64,000 nucleotides of DNA from Octopus sinensis (GCF_006345805.1 NC_042998.1:147870001-147934000), one strand, 5' to 3'. Counted from the stretch's first letter, positions 1 to 14,149 are shown. Notes: generated by a model from the sequence alone, not told the origin. Numbers and translations are program-made.

Positions 1-302
1 GAACAGCTGCTAGGTATCGATGGTCGACCCTATCGAGGGCTTTACTCTGATCTAAATTGATCAAGGCCCCACCCGCGCCAGCGTCGTTACCCACCGTCTC
101 TATGGTGTGGCGCATGAGATTATCATGTATCAACCTGGTCGGCACGGCGCATGTCTATGCCTTGCCAACCAGCTCGTCCACAACAAGCGCCAATCTCTTG
201 GCTGACACCTTGGCCAAGGTCTTCAGCTTTGCATTGAGCGGAGTGATGGGCCGAAAGTTCCCAATAGTGTCCCCCTTGTTTGGGTCCTTTCTCACCAAAG
301 CC
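1..302 (-). mobile_element. L1/Tx1-clade non-LTR retrotransposon RT fragment (decayed, runs off window start)
   Basis: Minus strand translates LVRKDPNKGDTIGNFRPITPLNAKLKTLAKVSAKRL...HDNL...ALINLDQSKALDRVDHRYL, matching L1/Tx1 RT motifs (RPIxLLN, LDQxKAFDRV); one in-frame stop; abuts (TAA)n. Confidence 0.8.
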
Positions 303-3300
303 ATAATAATAATAATAATAATGTCTGTTAATGCTGTTTAGGAATTTTTGCCAAGATAAATATTTAAGATGATGATGTATGATGATTATTATGCCTTGAA
401 GAATTAAAACAGTTGTCAAGCGCATGCAGAAGATGTAGCAAGTGAACTTTGTCAACTATCTCAATCATTAATCAGGATGCTTAAAAAACATAATTTATTA
501 GCAGTTTTACTAAACCTGTCCCGTCCCCACCGCTTTTTGTTTGGGACTGTTGTACTTCTGTTGGTTTAATTTACATCATATTACACAAGTATTCAGTTTA
601 ATCAACTCATGTTGCCATATTCATATTAAAACTTGTTTCCTCAATTCCTTATAGTATTGTGAATTGTCATTGCAAACAAAGAAACAAAAAACCTATTATG
701 TTTTTTTTGTTTACTTCAACATGTTTTCTGTTTTCCTTAATTTATTACACTATGTAATTATCACCAGGCACATTGCATTGATTTCTACTATCAAATACCT
801 TATTGATGATCAATTTAAGTTTTCAAGATTAACTAATGGTATTTTTGTGTATTCTGATAAAAAAAAAGTCAAATGTTTACAGCTTTTACGAAAATTGATG
901 TTTACAATCAATGTGCTATTGTCCACAATATTTCTACTTCAATTTCTATTGATTTCTGGACATAGGAGAGAGATTTAGGACAATGAAGTATTTTTATTTG
1001 TATTTTAAATGTTATTACATTTTGTTAATTGATTTAAATCAATATAAACTTTTAGAAAAATTAAAAGGTATAGATATCAGCTTCTGACAAATTATTTGAA
1101 GTGTATTACAAGTGACTCATAAGCAAAGTGACTTTATTTGTACAAATAAGTGTTGGTATACTTTGCTTATTAATTCCTTCACAGTTGAGGTTTTCTTTTC
1201 TAAATTATTCAACTATTTTAAGACTTTTAAGGTTATTAAATATTATTTGGGGGTTGAAAATTAGTTATGTTGAGAACAAAAGCAAAGAATTATTTTTGTG
1301 GTATTGGTTAATGTACCTGAAGAATGAGTGCTTGGTCATCCTAAAGTTTTATTCATCAACTATTATTTACTAAAAGTTCAAATGTTAGTATTGTAAATAC
1401 CAACATGGCAACAATCACTTTGTTAATTAAAAATACTGTGACTAATGAAGCTCGCTCTATCATTGAAAGGTTTATGAACAATGTAGAAACTTGTTTCAAG
1501 TAAAAATAGATTATCTAAATTTTTCAAGATTTTTAATTTAATTTCTCATAAAAAATGAATATTGTCTGTTTTAACTTTTTGCCTTTAACTCCAATTTAAC
1601 CTATTTCTTCCTCTATGACATAGGTATGAAAAGTACTCACCTTTTGTTTTATGTTTTCTATTCACTTGATATCATTTTAGAATCTTCGTAGCTGAGTTTG
1701 AATCTTCAGTTCAAGACAAATTTTGTTTTAAAAAAGTACAATTTATTCAGACTCATTTTGGCCAGTATGAAAAATTTTACAAGATTCAGTAAACCAGACT
1801 ACATTTATTATTCAATGCTGCCATAGGTTTCTCGTTCTTAAACTTCACTATTAAATGATCTTTCAATTATATTGTCTGTTATGATGATTTCATTCTAGCT
1901 TAGCATCCCCCACCCCTATTTTCCAATCATTTTAAGTGTATTTATAGAATACTATTTATAAATAAGTTGAAGGAAATTTCATCTTTGATAATAATCTTTA
2001 GTATAAAAGACTGAATAGATATCCTGATTGGCTTGTGTTTTATTGTCCATTGAGGAGTTTGATTTTAAGTTTTATTGCTAACTTTTAAAATCAAATTTAT
2101 TGCTATAATGTATGGAATAGTTTGTGAACTTTATTTCCTTTGATCTGTTTTCTTGTCACTATCATAGGCTTTTAACATAGGACTGATATTTTGGAGTGAA
2201 TTCTCATACAACCCACCCAATTGGATACTTATCCATGATGTGTTTCAGTGGAAGAGTACTGAAATATTTTGAGCACAATTAGGTGGTTTTATTTTTTTTT
2301 CTAGCATTAGCATTTTGTATTTTTCTTTGCATCCATTTCTTCTCTATAGTATAGGAGAAAGGTATAGTTTTTGTAAACTTGGATATGTGCATACTGTTAA
2401 AGTATGTTTTTCCTTTATCTTTGTTGTTGGCAGTGGTTATTGTTTTAAGATCACTATCCATGCTGGTATGGGTTGGACACATCTGCTCACCTACACATGA
2501 TTGCCCCATCTCACTTCTTTCATTTTGCTTGGTTTCTACGACTGGATGTTCTTCTTGACACTAACCACTTCAGTGCATTGGGTTTGTTTTTTGTGCCATC
2601 AATACAAAAGATATGATTTGTTGATAACATTAAAGAGTCTTCACATCACAGTTTACAGAGTGTACTAGGTATGTTTTTTTTTTGTGACGCCAGCACTAGA
2701 GAGGTAGCCATGTTCTCATGATTAAAAGGCTCTCACAACTCTACATGCCTGCATGTTCACGCACGCACACACACACACACATACCTGACATTTTCATGTG
2801 ATTTCTGGTTCAAAATATACTGTGCTATACTTTGATACTTTCTACCCTATCCTTGGGTTGACTCAAGTTTGTTATTTGAGTTGATATAAATTGTGTGAAA
2901 GACAGTTTCTATCTACCCAATTCAGTTGATATAGGATTTCCTGTTCTTGGCTGGCTTGACTTTTGACCTGTCACTTGGTTTAATAGCACAGTTTGGCCCT
3001 TATGTACTTTTGGGTTTGGCTAATTTGTTGCTAGCTTATGAACTAGATCTTGGGTTTGAGAGGATTAAATAACTTGATGTGATGCGCTCTGCTGCAGTAA
3101 GTCCTGATGAATCATGTTTTTTTCCTTCCTTTTTCTTACCAGTCTTGGGGGCCTTGCAAATAAATATACCATGGGTACTGCATTTCAGTTCTGTCTTAAG
3201 CATGAACACATTGGACAGTTGCTAATCTATGTATGTTGTGGTTGTTTATATATAGTGATTTCAATGCATTGCTTTACCCAGGGACCTATAATGCTGAGAC

Positions 3301-5790
3301 AGTCCCTACTACTACTACCCCTTCTTGATTCAAACTATAAAAATACAAAACTCTTTTTATTTAATCCTCACTGGTTGTTTATTTCCCGACTGTTCTTATG
3401 AAGTTTCTCTTTGGAATTGGAATAGTCTGGCTTTTTGGTGTCAGGCTTCAGTTTGTTACTCAGATGTATTTATTTGTATGTTCTACTTTGTGTTATGTTT
3501 TGCTATTATCATTGATTTTTACAATCAATTTTTCAAGTTTAGTCTATAGGGTGACTGTATCTCTTTGTCTAATTTTGTTGAACTTTTCTATTTCATTGGT
3601 TATATTGAATTCTTATATTACACTGGTTATATGCTGTTTATTTATAGATTTGCAGTTGTTAATGGAATTTAAAAATTTTTTCATTTAGTAATATTAGTGA
3701 TAGGTTATGATTGCTTGTTTTGTATTTTGCCTTCTATTTAAAGAGAGTTTTTGTAATGTAATAATTTTTGCCTTTTGTATCTGGATTTTTTTTATTCATA
3801 TGGTATAGGTTATATTTTTTTTTCTTTTCCTGAGCTTAGAGTTAGTTGTTGCATTTAATGTGTTAAAATGTTTTGGCATTGTTGTATGGTCTGCCAGTTT
3901 ATTTGAATATCTTTTGTTAACTAACATATTTTTGTATTAATCTCTTCATATGGTGCTGCTTTTGTAGAGAGGAATCTAAGGGTTCCATTTTTGTAACCAA
4001 AGTATTTTATTTATTCAAACATTTATTAGTTTGTGTGTATGTGTGTGTACATATTACATATGTATTTTCTAATTGGCATAATTATATTATCTACTATTGG
4101 AGTTATTGAATGATCCAAATCTTGATAAAAGCTGTTTTTTTATTTTTTTCTATATTTCTCATGTAAAATGCTGCGAATATGGGTTTGCTTATTTGGAAAA
4201 TAACAAAACAAAAACTGTTCCACACACATACACCTTATTGCTTTAAACTGCATTAGTCATTGTTTTTGTAAAAAATATAAAAGTACTGGTGAATGGTGAA
4301 TACTTCTAAAAGTATTATCTTTTTGTAGGATATTATATGTATCCAAAATAGATATGAAAAATAAAATGTTTCTTTGCCAGCTTCTTATTTGAATTTAAGC
4401 TTTTCTGAATTTAATATTTATTCTATCTTTGTTAGTTTCGGTAATCTTTTAATTTGATCTTGCATGATTTGCAAGTACAACAATCAATATTTCATTGTTT
4501 GTGAAATTTAGTGTCATGACAAAATTCACCCAGTACATTTTGTAAGATGATTAATGTTAGGAAGGGCATCCAGCTATAGAAACTATGCTAAAAATGGAGC
4601 TTAGAAATGAGACATAATCCTCCAATCCATCTTTGAGGCTAGTAACTCCAAACAGGAATTAAGTTTGAATGTAGCAATTCTTCTGACCTATGCCAGTACA
4701 GAAAGCTGATGTAGAAGTGATAGTGGTAGTGGCTGATAACAATTTCAAAATCTGACAAGAAATTAGTTCATACACCAAATTTTTACAATAATTTATATTC
4801 AAGTGCTCTTTTTGATCAAATAGAGATCTCATAACCAAAATCTGGTAAAAAGAAAAAACAAAAAAAAGATAAATAAATTGTAAAACATAAATGAATATCT
4901 AAAATCTCCTCTCACAATTATCAAAATCAGTTTTTAGACATTCTTTCATGCTGTGCACTTAGTTCTTTTAAGTGTTAGATGTTTGAGTTAAATAATAATG
5001 CCATAATTTCAACACATGCACACATATATACATATGCACACACACACACACACATGTACATTCACTTGAAATTTTATATTGTCTGAGGTCAAGAAGCTGT
5101 GTATATTGAAGGCATTTTTCATTTTAATCTATGGAATTATGTTCCTTTGGTGTTTTGACCTATGATTATATTGTACAAACAAAGTCTCATTTATTTATTT
5201 TAAGAGTCAAAGTTTAAACTTGTGGAAAGAAAGCTAGCAGAACTTTTTACAGCTAAGCATTATTCACCATAAGCAGTTGGAATTAGAGAGTGAATTTCAA
5301 TCATTTTGCCTTAAATTTATGTTTTAGAGAGGTATGAATGTTTCTGATCAATTTCCATCTATAACAGCTAGTGACTTTCGTTCAGTATTGCAGATGTGAG
5401 CAGTATATAACAGCTTATATATTTAACTTGAAAATTTTTTTTTTTAGATTTAGGAAGACATTTTCCTGTAGGTGGTGACTTGGCTGTTATTAGAGTTCCC
5501 AGTAGGATATATTGTACTGCTTGCTCTCTGAGTTTAAATCCAATCAAAGTCAATTTTGCCCTTCATCCTTTTGGGGGTTCAAAAAAAGAAATGTACTAGT
5601 CCACAGTGGTGGATTGGTGGAACTTTTAGAGGCAAGGCAGTAGTGCCTGCGATGTCACTGGTGTTCAGTCTTACTGGTTCAAGTTAGCAGCCTTTCCTTT
5701 GGATAAACATTAGTGGCATGGAAAGGGGAGACTTGCATGGATGAGTAACTGTTATGCTTCCTTAAATAATTTGGCCCAAGTCTGCACATA

Positions 5791-7024
5791 CAGGGGTTGG
5801 ACAATAATGGAAACACCTTAAAATTTCGAACAAATTTATTTTAATATGGGGTAACACCACCTTTGGCACTAATTACAGCTTGAATTCCATGAAGTATGAA
5901 CTCGTACAAAGTTTGAATTGTTTCCGAAGGAATTTTTGTCCATTCTTCAGCTAAAACCGTCTCCAGTTCTTGTAGTGAGGATATTGACTCCTTACTTGTT
6001 TTTCTAAAATGCACCATAAATGTTCAATAATATTGAGATCTGGGGACTGTGGTGGCCAGATAAAATGTTCAGCTTCACTAGAATGTTCCTCGTGCCATTC
6101 AGTAACAACTTTAGCTGTGTGAATTGGTGCATTATCATCCTGAGAGATTGTGTTTTCCCCCGGAAACAGTTCTGTAATCATAGGATGAATTTGATAAGAT
6201 GCTTAAATAGTCTTGACTATTAATTCTGCCATGAAAGGAAACCATTGGGCCAGTGGATTTCCAAGATATAGCCCCACCAGATCATCACAGATCCTCCTCC
6301 ATGTTTAACAGTTGGAAGAAGTCAGTCTGGATCAAATGCTTCTTTTGGCTGTCTTCACATGTATACTCAGTGGTCAGAAGTAAGGTAAAGGATGACTTGT
6401 CTAAGAAAATAACATTCTTCCACTGCTCTAGGGACCAATTCTGTAGGTTTTTACTCCACTCTAAATGCTTTGCAACATTTGTTTTTGAAAGTAGTGGTTT
6501 TCTGATTACAGCCCGCCCGTGAAATCTGGCTTTGTGCAGCTCCCAGTGAACAGTTTTTGTGGAAACTAGGTTCTCGAGGTGGTCATGAAGCTCTTCAGTA
6601 ATTTTAGCAGCTGTACTTTTGTGATCCTTTCTAACAATTCATGTAAGAGTTTGACGATCCCTATCTGAAAGTTGGTTTTCTTCCAGAGTTTTGTTTCAGT
6701 GAGGAGGTTTTTCCCTCTTTCTCAAAGGCTGTCATTACTTTTGAGACAGTACTTCTTGACACACCAAATATTTCGGCTGTTTTCATTATGCTAGCTCCTG
6801 CCATACAAGCACCAACAATTTGATTTCTTTGAAAGTCTGATAGATCTGTCATTTTAAATACCTTTTTCTGATGATATCTGAAAAGAAACAGCAATTTTAA
6901 GCAAAACATATTAAGCAACACTAATAATAAATCAAACAACATAAAAATAAACAAGCTTTTGACAGTTTTATAGATATTTCAAAATTATGATGCTAGGTGT
7001 TTCCATTATTTTGTCCAACTCCTG
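5791..7024 (-). mobile_element. Full-length Tc1-type DNA transposon (1234 bp), TA target duplication
   Basis: TIRs caggggttggacaataatggaaacacct (from 5791) and aggtgtttccattattttgtccaactcctg (to 7024); TA on both flanks; internal transposase relic. Confidence 0.95.
5880..6852 (-). pseudogene. Disrupted Tc1-like transposase, DD36E spacing
   Basis: MTDLSDFQRNQIVGA...HTH...SGRK; VIFLDKS (first D); QDDNAPIH...WPPQSPDLNIIE; broken by stops and frameshifts; 3' end approximate. Confidence 0.9.
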
Positions 7025-7750
7025 TATGTATGTTCAACATTGGTAGATGGAGTCCCTACATTACAGGTTATATTATATTTTTCTAAGTTGTATTTGAGGT
7101 TAATTTTGTTTTTAAAAAAAGAAAAAAACCAAAATATAGTAAATATTGTCATCATTTCATATTGTCTCTCAGTATATTATCTGACTTTAATTTTGAAATG
7201 AAAAAGAAAAAAAATTCAAATTCAGTTAAGAGACATAAGATTCTTTAAAACATTTTTTAAGGATTGTTCAAAAGAATTTAATTAGGAGAAAGTGTTATGG
7301 TTTGTTTTTGAAGTATACGTTATTAAGCTTTTTAAACTTCAAGCAACATTTAATGTTCCTCGTATGTTAACTAAAAACTGTGTTACTATTATTCTGTGAA
7401 GTGGCAAAAAAATCTTAATGCATCATAAGCTATAAGAATTTAATACATTACATAAGGCTGCATTTAAGGTCATGTATACAAATTATTTATGCTTACCCTG
7501 GGCGTATGTGCCTACATCAAGCTATTTTAGTTATAGTTATAGCTTACGTTATGTAGCTTTGGAAAATTGCAAAATGCTGTTTAAATGGGTTTTTTTAAGA
7601 TGAGCTGTTAATTTCATTTTATGCTCCTAGTTTTATTAACTCTGAATGTACTGTTATATAAGATAAACAACAACAGATAAGAATCTGCATTTAGCACTGC
7701 CTTTAGTCGAGCAAATCGACACCAGGACTTATTTTTTGTTGGTTCTATAT

Positions 7751-8310
7751 CCTAGCTGTTCTTGCTAGCATGTTGAATCCCATGAGTGGATTCCTTGTGT
7801 TTAAATGTACACTGTATTTTATGACTAATACATAGTCTTTGGACTAAATTTTTACATGCTAGGCCACTGGAAATTAAAATTTGTATTAATTTCCATTTCC
7901 CTTTGATATGATTAAATATTGTAAGTTTTTGGATAATTTTCGGTTTTTAAAAGTTGGCATATTTTTATTGCCAGCGAAGGACTGCATCTGTGCAGTAGAT
8001 TTTGAAAAAATTAGGACGTATAAACAAGGGGCGCATAGTTGATCACCTCGTGTTTATATATTTAATCTAAGGTGTACCTGTTGAAAACGATTTCACCTCG
8101 TGAGTAAAAGTTATTTACTTGCTAAATTAAAATCAGAAACCAATTGGTCCAGGAAATTAGATGGTAAAATGTTTTTATTTTTTCATTTCGTTCCTGTCGA
8201 ATTTTATCCCTAATTTTGTGGTTTTAGAACCTAGCTGTTCTTTCTAGCATGTTGAATCCCATCAGTAGATTCCTTATGTGTTTAAATGTACACTGTATTT
8301 TATGACTAAT
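7751..8310. repeat. ~80-bp direct repeats (7751-7829, 8230-8310) bracketing ~400 bp
   Basis: cctagctgttct..tagcatgttgaatcccat..gt.gattcctt...tttaaatgtacactgtattttatgactaat occurs twice. Confidence 0.85.
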
Positions 8311-10189
8311 TATATATATATATATATATATATGTGTTTTCAACTTGATCTGTCTCTGTGCTGGTTTGGCTTAACATTTGACTTGTATTTATTTTCACCC
8401 TCCAAGCATTAACCCTAGTTTTTTTTCTTAAGACATCAACATATGTGTGTTTAGGTGTCTGTCTTTACACTGATACCATTTGAAAAGCTATGTTCTTAGT
8501 TTATGTTCTGTAACTTAGCAATGAAATTCAATATTAAATTTGTGTTGAACTAAAATGAAAATAACTGAAACAAAAACAATGGAATTATCAATTCCAAAGC
8601 ACAGTTTTTGTTTTCTTATCTTAATAATAATAATGATATGTATATATATATATTTTAAATCTTATATTGTTGGCTAGTAAGCAATATTTTGACTGGCTGT
8701 AGCTTACCCTGTAATCTGCATTTCTGCTTGTTTTTTCTTTTCTTCATCATTTCACTTTGACTATTCTGATATAACCTGCATGCCATAGTAGCACTTATAT
8801 ATGTAAGTATTCATATATGTGCGTGTATGTGGATACAAACACAGATAGATATGCTGTATTACAAAAATTCTTTTCCAAAGAAAAAACAACACTGAAATGC
8901 AAAATGATGTAGAGTGTGTGTATTTGTGTATATATAAACATTATGTCATTATAAAAAAGGTTTACTGTTTTAAATTAATCTACCTGTCATAAAGAAGTAG
9001 AATATATATCTTCTTGAACAGAAGTAGAAATAGAAAATCAGGAGCTTCAGGTATAATCCATCTTTCAACTTACATCCATAGACAGATATCATTCATATTA
9101 TTACACAAACAATTTCCCCAACCAGAAATGCTATAAATTACAGAGCAAAAACAATACTCTACGACCTACAATTTTACCCAAGCAATAATGATTACCGCTA
9201 ACCTCAATCAACTGTAACTGTGCAAACACCAGTACAAGTCTTTTCCAAGAATACTACCAAGGAAAAGTATAGAAGTATTAACTCTATTCTTCCTCTTGCT
9301 CATACATGGGCTAATGTGTCAATTCCATAGAAATTGGAGAGAGAGAGAGAGAGAGAGAGGCATTCATTTACACCAGTATTCATTCCAGAGTTCAGATAGA
9401 AATATGACAATTTAATTTCTCTATGGTCACAATCTTATCCTTAAGGGCATTGAATGACTGTACAATATTTCCTAGATTACTCTGTATTACTTCATCATAT
9501 GTAAATAATAATCCCTTCAACATAGCTTACATGAGGCCTATAAGATTCTCTTCTCTCTACTTAATTTATTTAACAATCATTCCAAACTTGGCTTTTCTTG
9601 CTGACATAAGACTTTCAGGACCCTGAATATTTTAAACATATCCTCCTCTCTTTCCCACCATCTTTATGTATTCTCCACATCCACCTACCATACTATCACC
9701 ATTGATTTCTCTACTCCTTCCTTGTTCTATTTAGAAAGTCATTAAGATTGCCATACATATTCACAATTTCTTTAGTTTAATTTCATTTATCTTTCCAATA
9801 TCTTGGTGACACATCTTTTTCTTTTAATCTCCATTTCCTCCACATTTGTTTCTATATGTTTGCAAGTTAGTGTATTTGTATTGATAACATTTTGTCTATG
9901 AAAGCTTGATTACGTATTTGTTTATAAACAAGTTCATCTATATATATATTGTCTGCTTGTGTATATATAATGTTGCCAGTGTATATAAATGTATAAGTAT
10001 ATATTTGCAGATCCATGCCTTTGTATTTAAATGAACTCTTGCAGACACTCTTACTTATATTTTCTTGTGTGCTCTTACGTATATTTATATACACTTGTAT
10101 TGGCTTGGATATGCTTTCACAATGATATTCTTAGTATGGATCTCTTTTATGGCTTTCTGTGTTGTCAGCTGCTCTTCTCTCTTCATAGT

Positions 10190-10760
10190 TGCCCATGTCT
10201 CACCTGTGTATAAGAGTACAAGTTGTATGGTGCTATTAAAGAGTTAGGCTTGCAGGATTTTATCCGGCTGTTGCTTTGAGCTCGTCTTTGAAGCAGACAA
10301 CTTCTATCCTGCTCTTTGTATGAGATTTTGTTATTCATGTCTTGGCATAGATTTACTGTTCCCAAGTAGATGTACTCCTTCACCTCTTGGATTTCATTGC
10401 TTCCTATCACTATTTGGTGTTGTGCTACAGTTTAAGATTGCATGTATTTTGTTTCCATATAGTCTATATTGAGGTCTACTACTGAACTCAGGGTATCCAA
10501 CTCTGCAGTTGATCCATGATCCATTTCTGCAATGAGCACAATATCATCAGTGAATTAGAAATGTGTTAGTAGTTTGCTGGTAGTACTGATGCCACTTTTC
10601 TACTTAATGTCTCTCATGATCATTTCAAGTATGCAGTGATGAGCTTTGGAGAGAATGTATCTCCTTGTTTGATGCCCTTCTTGACAAAAAATGTTATAGG
10701 TGACAGCAGAGCCATATTGGTGGTAGACACTGATGTCTGTTGCACTTTGATCTTACATTA
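10190..10760 (-). mobile_element. RTE-clade LINE RT fragment (decayed)
   Basis: Minus strand VKKGIKQGDTFSPKL, LLTHF*FTDDIVLIAE, IQEVKEYIYLG. Confidence 0.8.
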
Positions 10761-10783
10761 GGCATCATCTTCTTATATGTTTA

Positions 10784-11804
10784 CTAGCATTAAAGACCCG
10801 TCGTTGCCGAGTCATAGTGCATGTATATATGTGTATATATATGTGTACATATTACATGTACATCTATATATATATATATATATATATATACATCTACACA
10901 TAAAATACAAAATACAGTTATATTTTGATATCGCTAGTGATAACAATACTCAAAATATATAACAGACTGGAATTGTTAGCCCGTCTCTTGTAATTTTGAT
11001 CAATTGTATCTTGTCCTCCCTCTTGTATAGAAGTGTGGCCTACCTCTACTTTTTTTTTGGGGGGGGGGATTAAAACTTTTTTTCCGGGACGTCCTACGTC
11101 CCAGATATAAAGATAAAAATAAAATATTTCCACTTTGCAAGTTCGAGTCGAGTACTCCCTTGCACACTCCGTTGACTCGAACCTTGCATCTATTGTGGTG
11201 AATTTACCGCCTCTGATCAGATACCTTTCATAGTCGCACCAAGACACTTTTCGAAGGTGCTTTCCTCCATGTGTTCAAATCTTTATTCTCTACATTGTAT
11301 ACTTTATAGACAATAGTCTTTTCTTTAATTTAATTTTTTATTATCCATCTGGACTATTCCATTTCTGCATGCTAATTTTATTTTTAATTTATTCCCATTC
11401 ATGTAAAACCACTTATTCAAGTTCAAGTCATTGATGCAATTTTATACCAATTGCTATTTTTATGTTACGATTATATTATACTTTAGTTTGATTTTAATTA
11501 TTACTTACTACATATAATTCAATTGTTATTATTATTTTTATTGTTAAAGTGAAAATATCTGACATAAAATAGAGAAACGCTTTTGTTTCACTTTTAACAT
11601 GTAATACTGAAATAGTGGAGAAGATATGATATTGCTATGGGCTCGCCCTAGGCAAGAAGTTGAACATTTTTTTTGCCCATGAAACTACATGGACCCTAAG
11701 TAAGGCATGTGTAAAATTTGAATGAAATTGGTTGTGTAGTTCTCAAGTTTTAGGGAAACACACAGACAGACAGACAGACATTCTCAGTTTTATATATATA
11801 AAGA
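10784..11804 (-). mobile_element. Non-autonomous Helitron, copy 1
   Basis: On minus strand starts TC (11804), has (TGTC)n near the 5' end, ends with GC-rich hairpin (gacccgtcgttgccgagtc on +) then CTAG (10784-10787); inserted between A and T with no TSD; homologous to 39739-41146. Confidence 0.85.
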
Positions 11805-12250
11805 TACCTGCTAACAAACCCATTTGTGTATCTGTTTGGAGCATGTATCTACAAATGTATTTCTCCATATATAAGTAGAAGTATAAATGTATCTCCCTCA
11901 CTCATACAGCTATATTTATAGAGAGAGAGTTGAGTAAAATTTGGGTAAAAACTTTGTATGCTGTGCCAAAGGTCATCCCCAGTTATTGGTTACTGAATGT
12001 TCTCATACAATGGGAAAACTTGTGTCACTGGATTTACATCTGGAATTGCATAGTATCTGTAGAGTTTATATAAAGAGATGAATAAGTGAAAATGAATTGA
12101 ATGACATTCTTTAGTTCATGTCACTTAAATTGTTTCTGCACATTGTTATACCTGCAGTATATTGGTGAGATGATATAATTAACATATTGTGTAATTTACT
12201 ATCACCCATCAAAGGTGTAAAATGTCATTTCACTTGGACTATCGTTTTAC

Positions 12251-12295
12251 AGATCAGACTGTCATTTCACTCAGAGTGAAATGACAGTCTGATCT
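12251..12295. repeat. Perfect palindrome, 22-bp arms, 1-nt spacer (core of a decayed fold-back element)
   Basis: agatcagactgtcatttcactc-a-gagtgaaatgacagtctgatct; imperfect symmetry extends outward to about 12220-12322. Confidence 0.9.
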
Positions 12296-12961
12296 TAAAA
12301 GCCGTACTCCATGCGGACATTTAAGCTAGCTTGTGTAAAGGGCTAATTGGGCCTGCACCCCAAAACTTAAGAGAGTTAATTAGCATGACTATAATATGTC
12401 TGTATTGATTATATGCCCCAATGGTGTAATGCAATCATTGTATTGTTCCAATCTGAAGTTGAATTCCAGCTGTTAATCAATTTGTCCCAAAGTTCATATC
12501 TCAATGTAAAACTAACAAAGCGAATGTCATTTATCTCCCCCTTGATCTCTGACAACATCTGACATGCCAACCGAGATGGCATGAATCAGCCAAACTTTAC
12601 CTGCTAGAAATAGCAACCCAAATACTTTTAAATCAGATCCCAATGCTGGATTTTCAAGAACCAAATGAAGGGTAGATTTTCAATTCAGGGATCATGCTGC
12701 TTTCAAAGATGTATATGTTTATGTAGAGCAAATGTTGACTGAGATACAGGGGCCCTAGGTGGACAGAGAGAATTTCGCTCTTATTTATTATGGATAATCA
12801 CTTGAAAAAAAACACATTCTACACACTTGATGGATGATAGTGATTATGAAGTATGTTATATCATCTCACCATTGTACTGTGGGTTTTATGCTGTATGGAA
12901 ACAATTTTAGAGGTATGGAATAAGGAGTGTTCTTCAGTACATTTCCACTTATTCATCTCTT

Positions 12962-13003
<42 letters not shown>

Positions 13004-13008
13004 TATCT

Positions 13009-13815
13009 CCAAAGGTCTCAGTCACTTGTCATGGCCTCTGTGAGGCCCAACATTCAAAGGTCATACTTCACCACCTCATTCCATGTCTTTCTGGTTCTAC
13101 CTCTTCCACAGGTTCCCGCCACTATTACGGTGTGACACTTCTTCACATAGCTGTCCTTATCCATATGCAACAGATGACCATACCAGTGCAGTTGTCTCTT
13201 TTGCATACCACATCTGATGCTTCTTATATCCAACTTTTCCGTCAGGTCACTTACACTCTGTTGTGTATGCCCACTGACATTACACATCCAGCAGAGCATA
13301 CTAGCTTCATTTCTTTCAAGCTTACGCATGTCCTCAGCAGTCACAGCCCATGTTTCACTGCCATGTAGCATGGCTGTTCAAAAATGCATCATACAGTCTA
13401 CCTTTCTCTCTGAGTGAGAGGCCCTTTATTACCAACAGAAGTAGGAGCTCTCTGAACTTCTTCCAGGCTATTCTTATTCTAGCAGCTATGCTCTCAGAGC
13501 ATCCACCCCTACTACTGACTTGGTCACCTAGATAATGGAAGCTATCAATTACTTCTAGTTTTTCTCCCTGACATATGATGAAATCTGTTTTCTGCACATC
13601 TTTGGTGTTTATTGCACTTGTCCATCTGTCACACACAAACTATCTTCCCAGTTAACCTTCCTTTGATATTACTTCACCTCTTATCTGTCCATAGCTTACA
13701 CTGGGTACATCTTATGGAGTTTCTACCTATGCCTTTTCTACAGATCAAGCTGAGCCATCTCCCTTATAAGATTTGTAATTTGTCTGTCTTCCTACTAGCT
13801 AACACTTTAGCCTTC
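13009..13815 (-). mobile_element. RTE-clade LINE, 3' part of RT with PHD-like insert
   Basis: LEVIDSFHYLGD, ARIRIAWKKFREL, MLHGSETWAVT, RQLHWYGH, GRGRTRKTW. Confidence 0.9.
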
Positions 13816-14149
13816 CTAGTTACTAAGACTATGGGGATGAAAATATTTTTAACTGAGACATTACAACTATATCTGTTCAAGTGCTTCAATTCTGTGTATG
13901 TACATATATTTACTCAATTGCTGACATTAGTGGTTTCTCCCATTGTTTTGATGCACCATTTTCTATCATTAATAGAAGTGTCAACATTTTTGCTGACATG
14001 GGTATGCTAGTATATATATAATGTCTATGTATGTTTATGGGTATGTTTCCCTTAGGGGTGTGTGTTTGTATGTACCATTTTTTAGAGCACTGAGCAGTCT
14101 TTGATCTCCGTGGTAAAGTGGTTGTGGAACATGTTGAGAAAAGTGGGTC

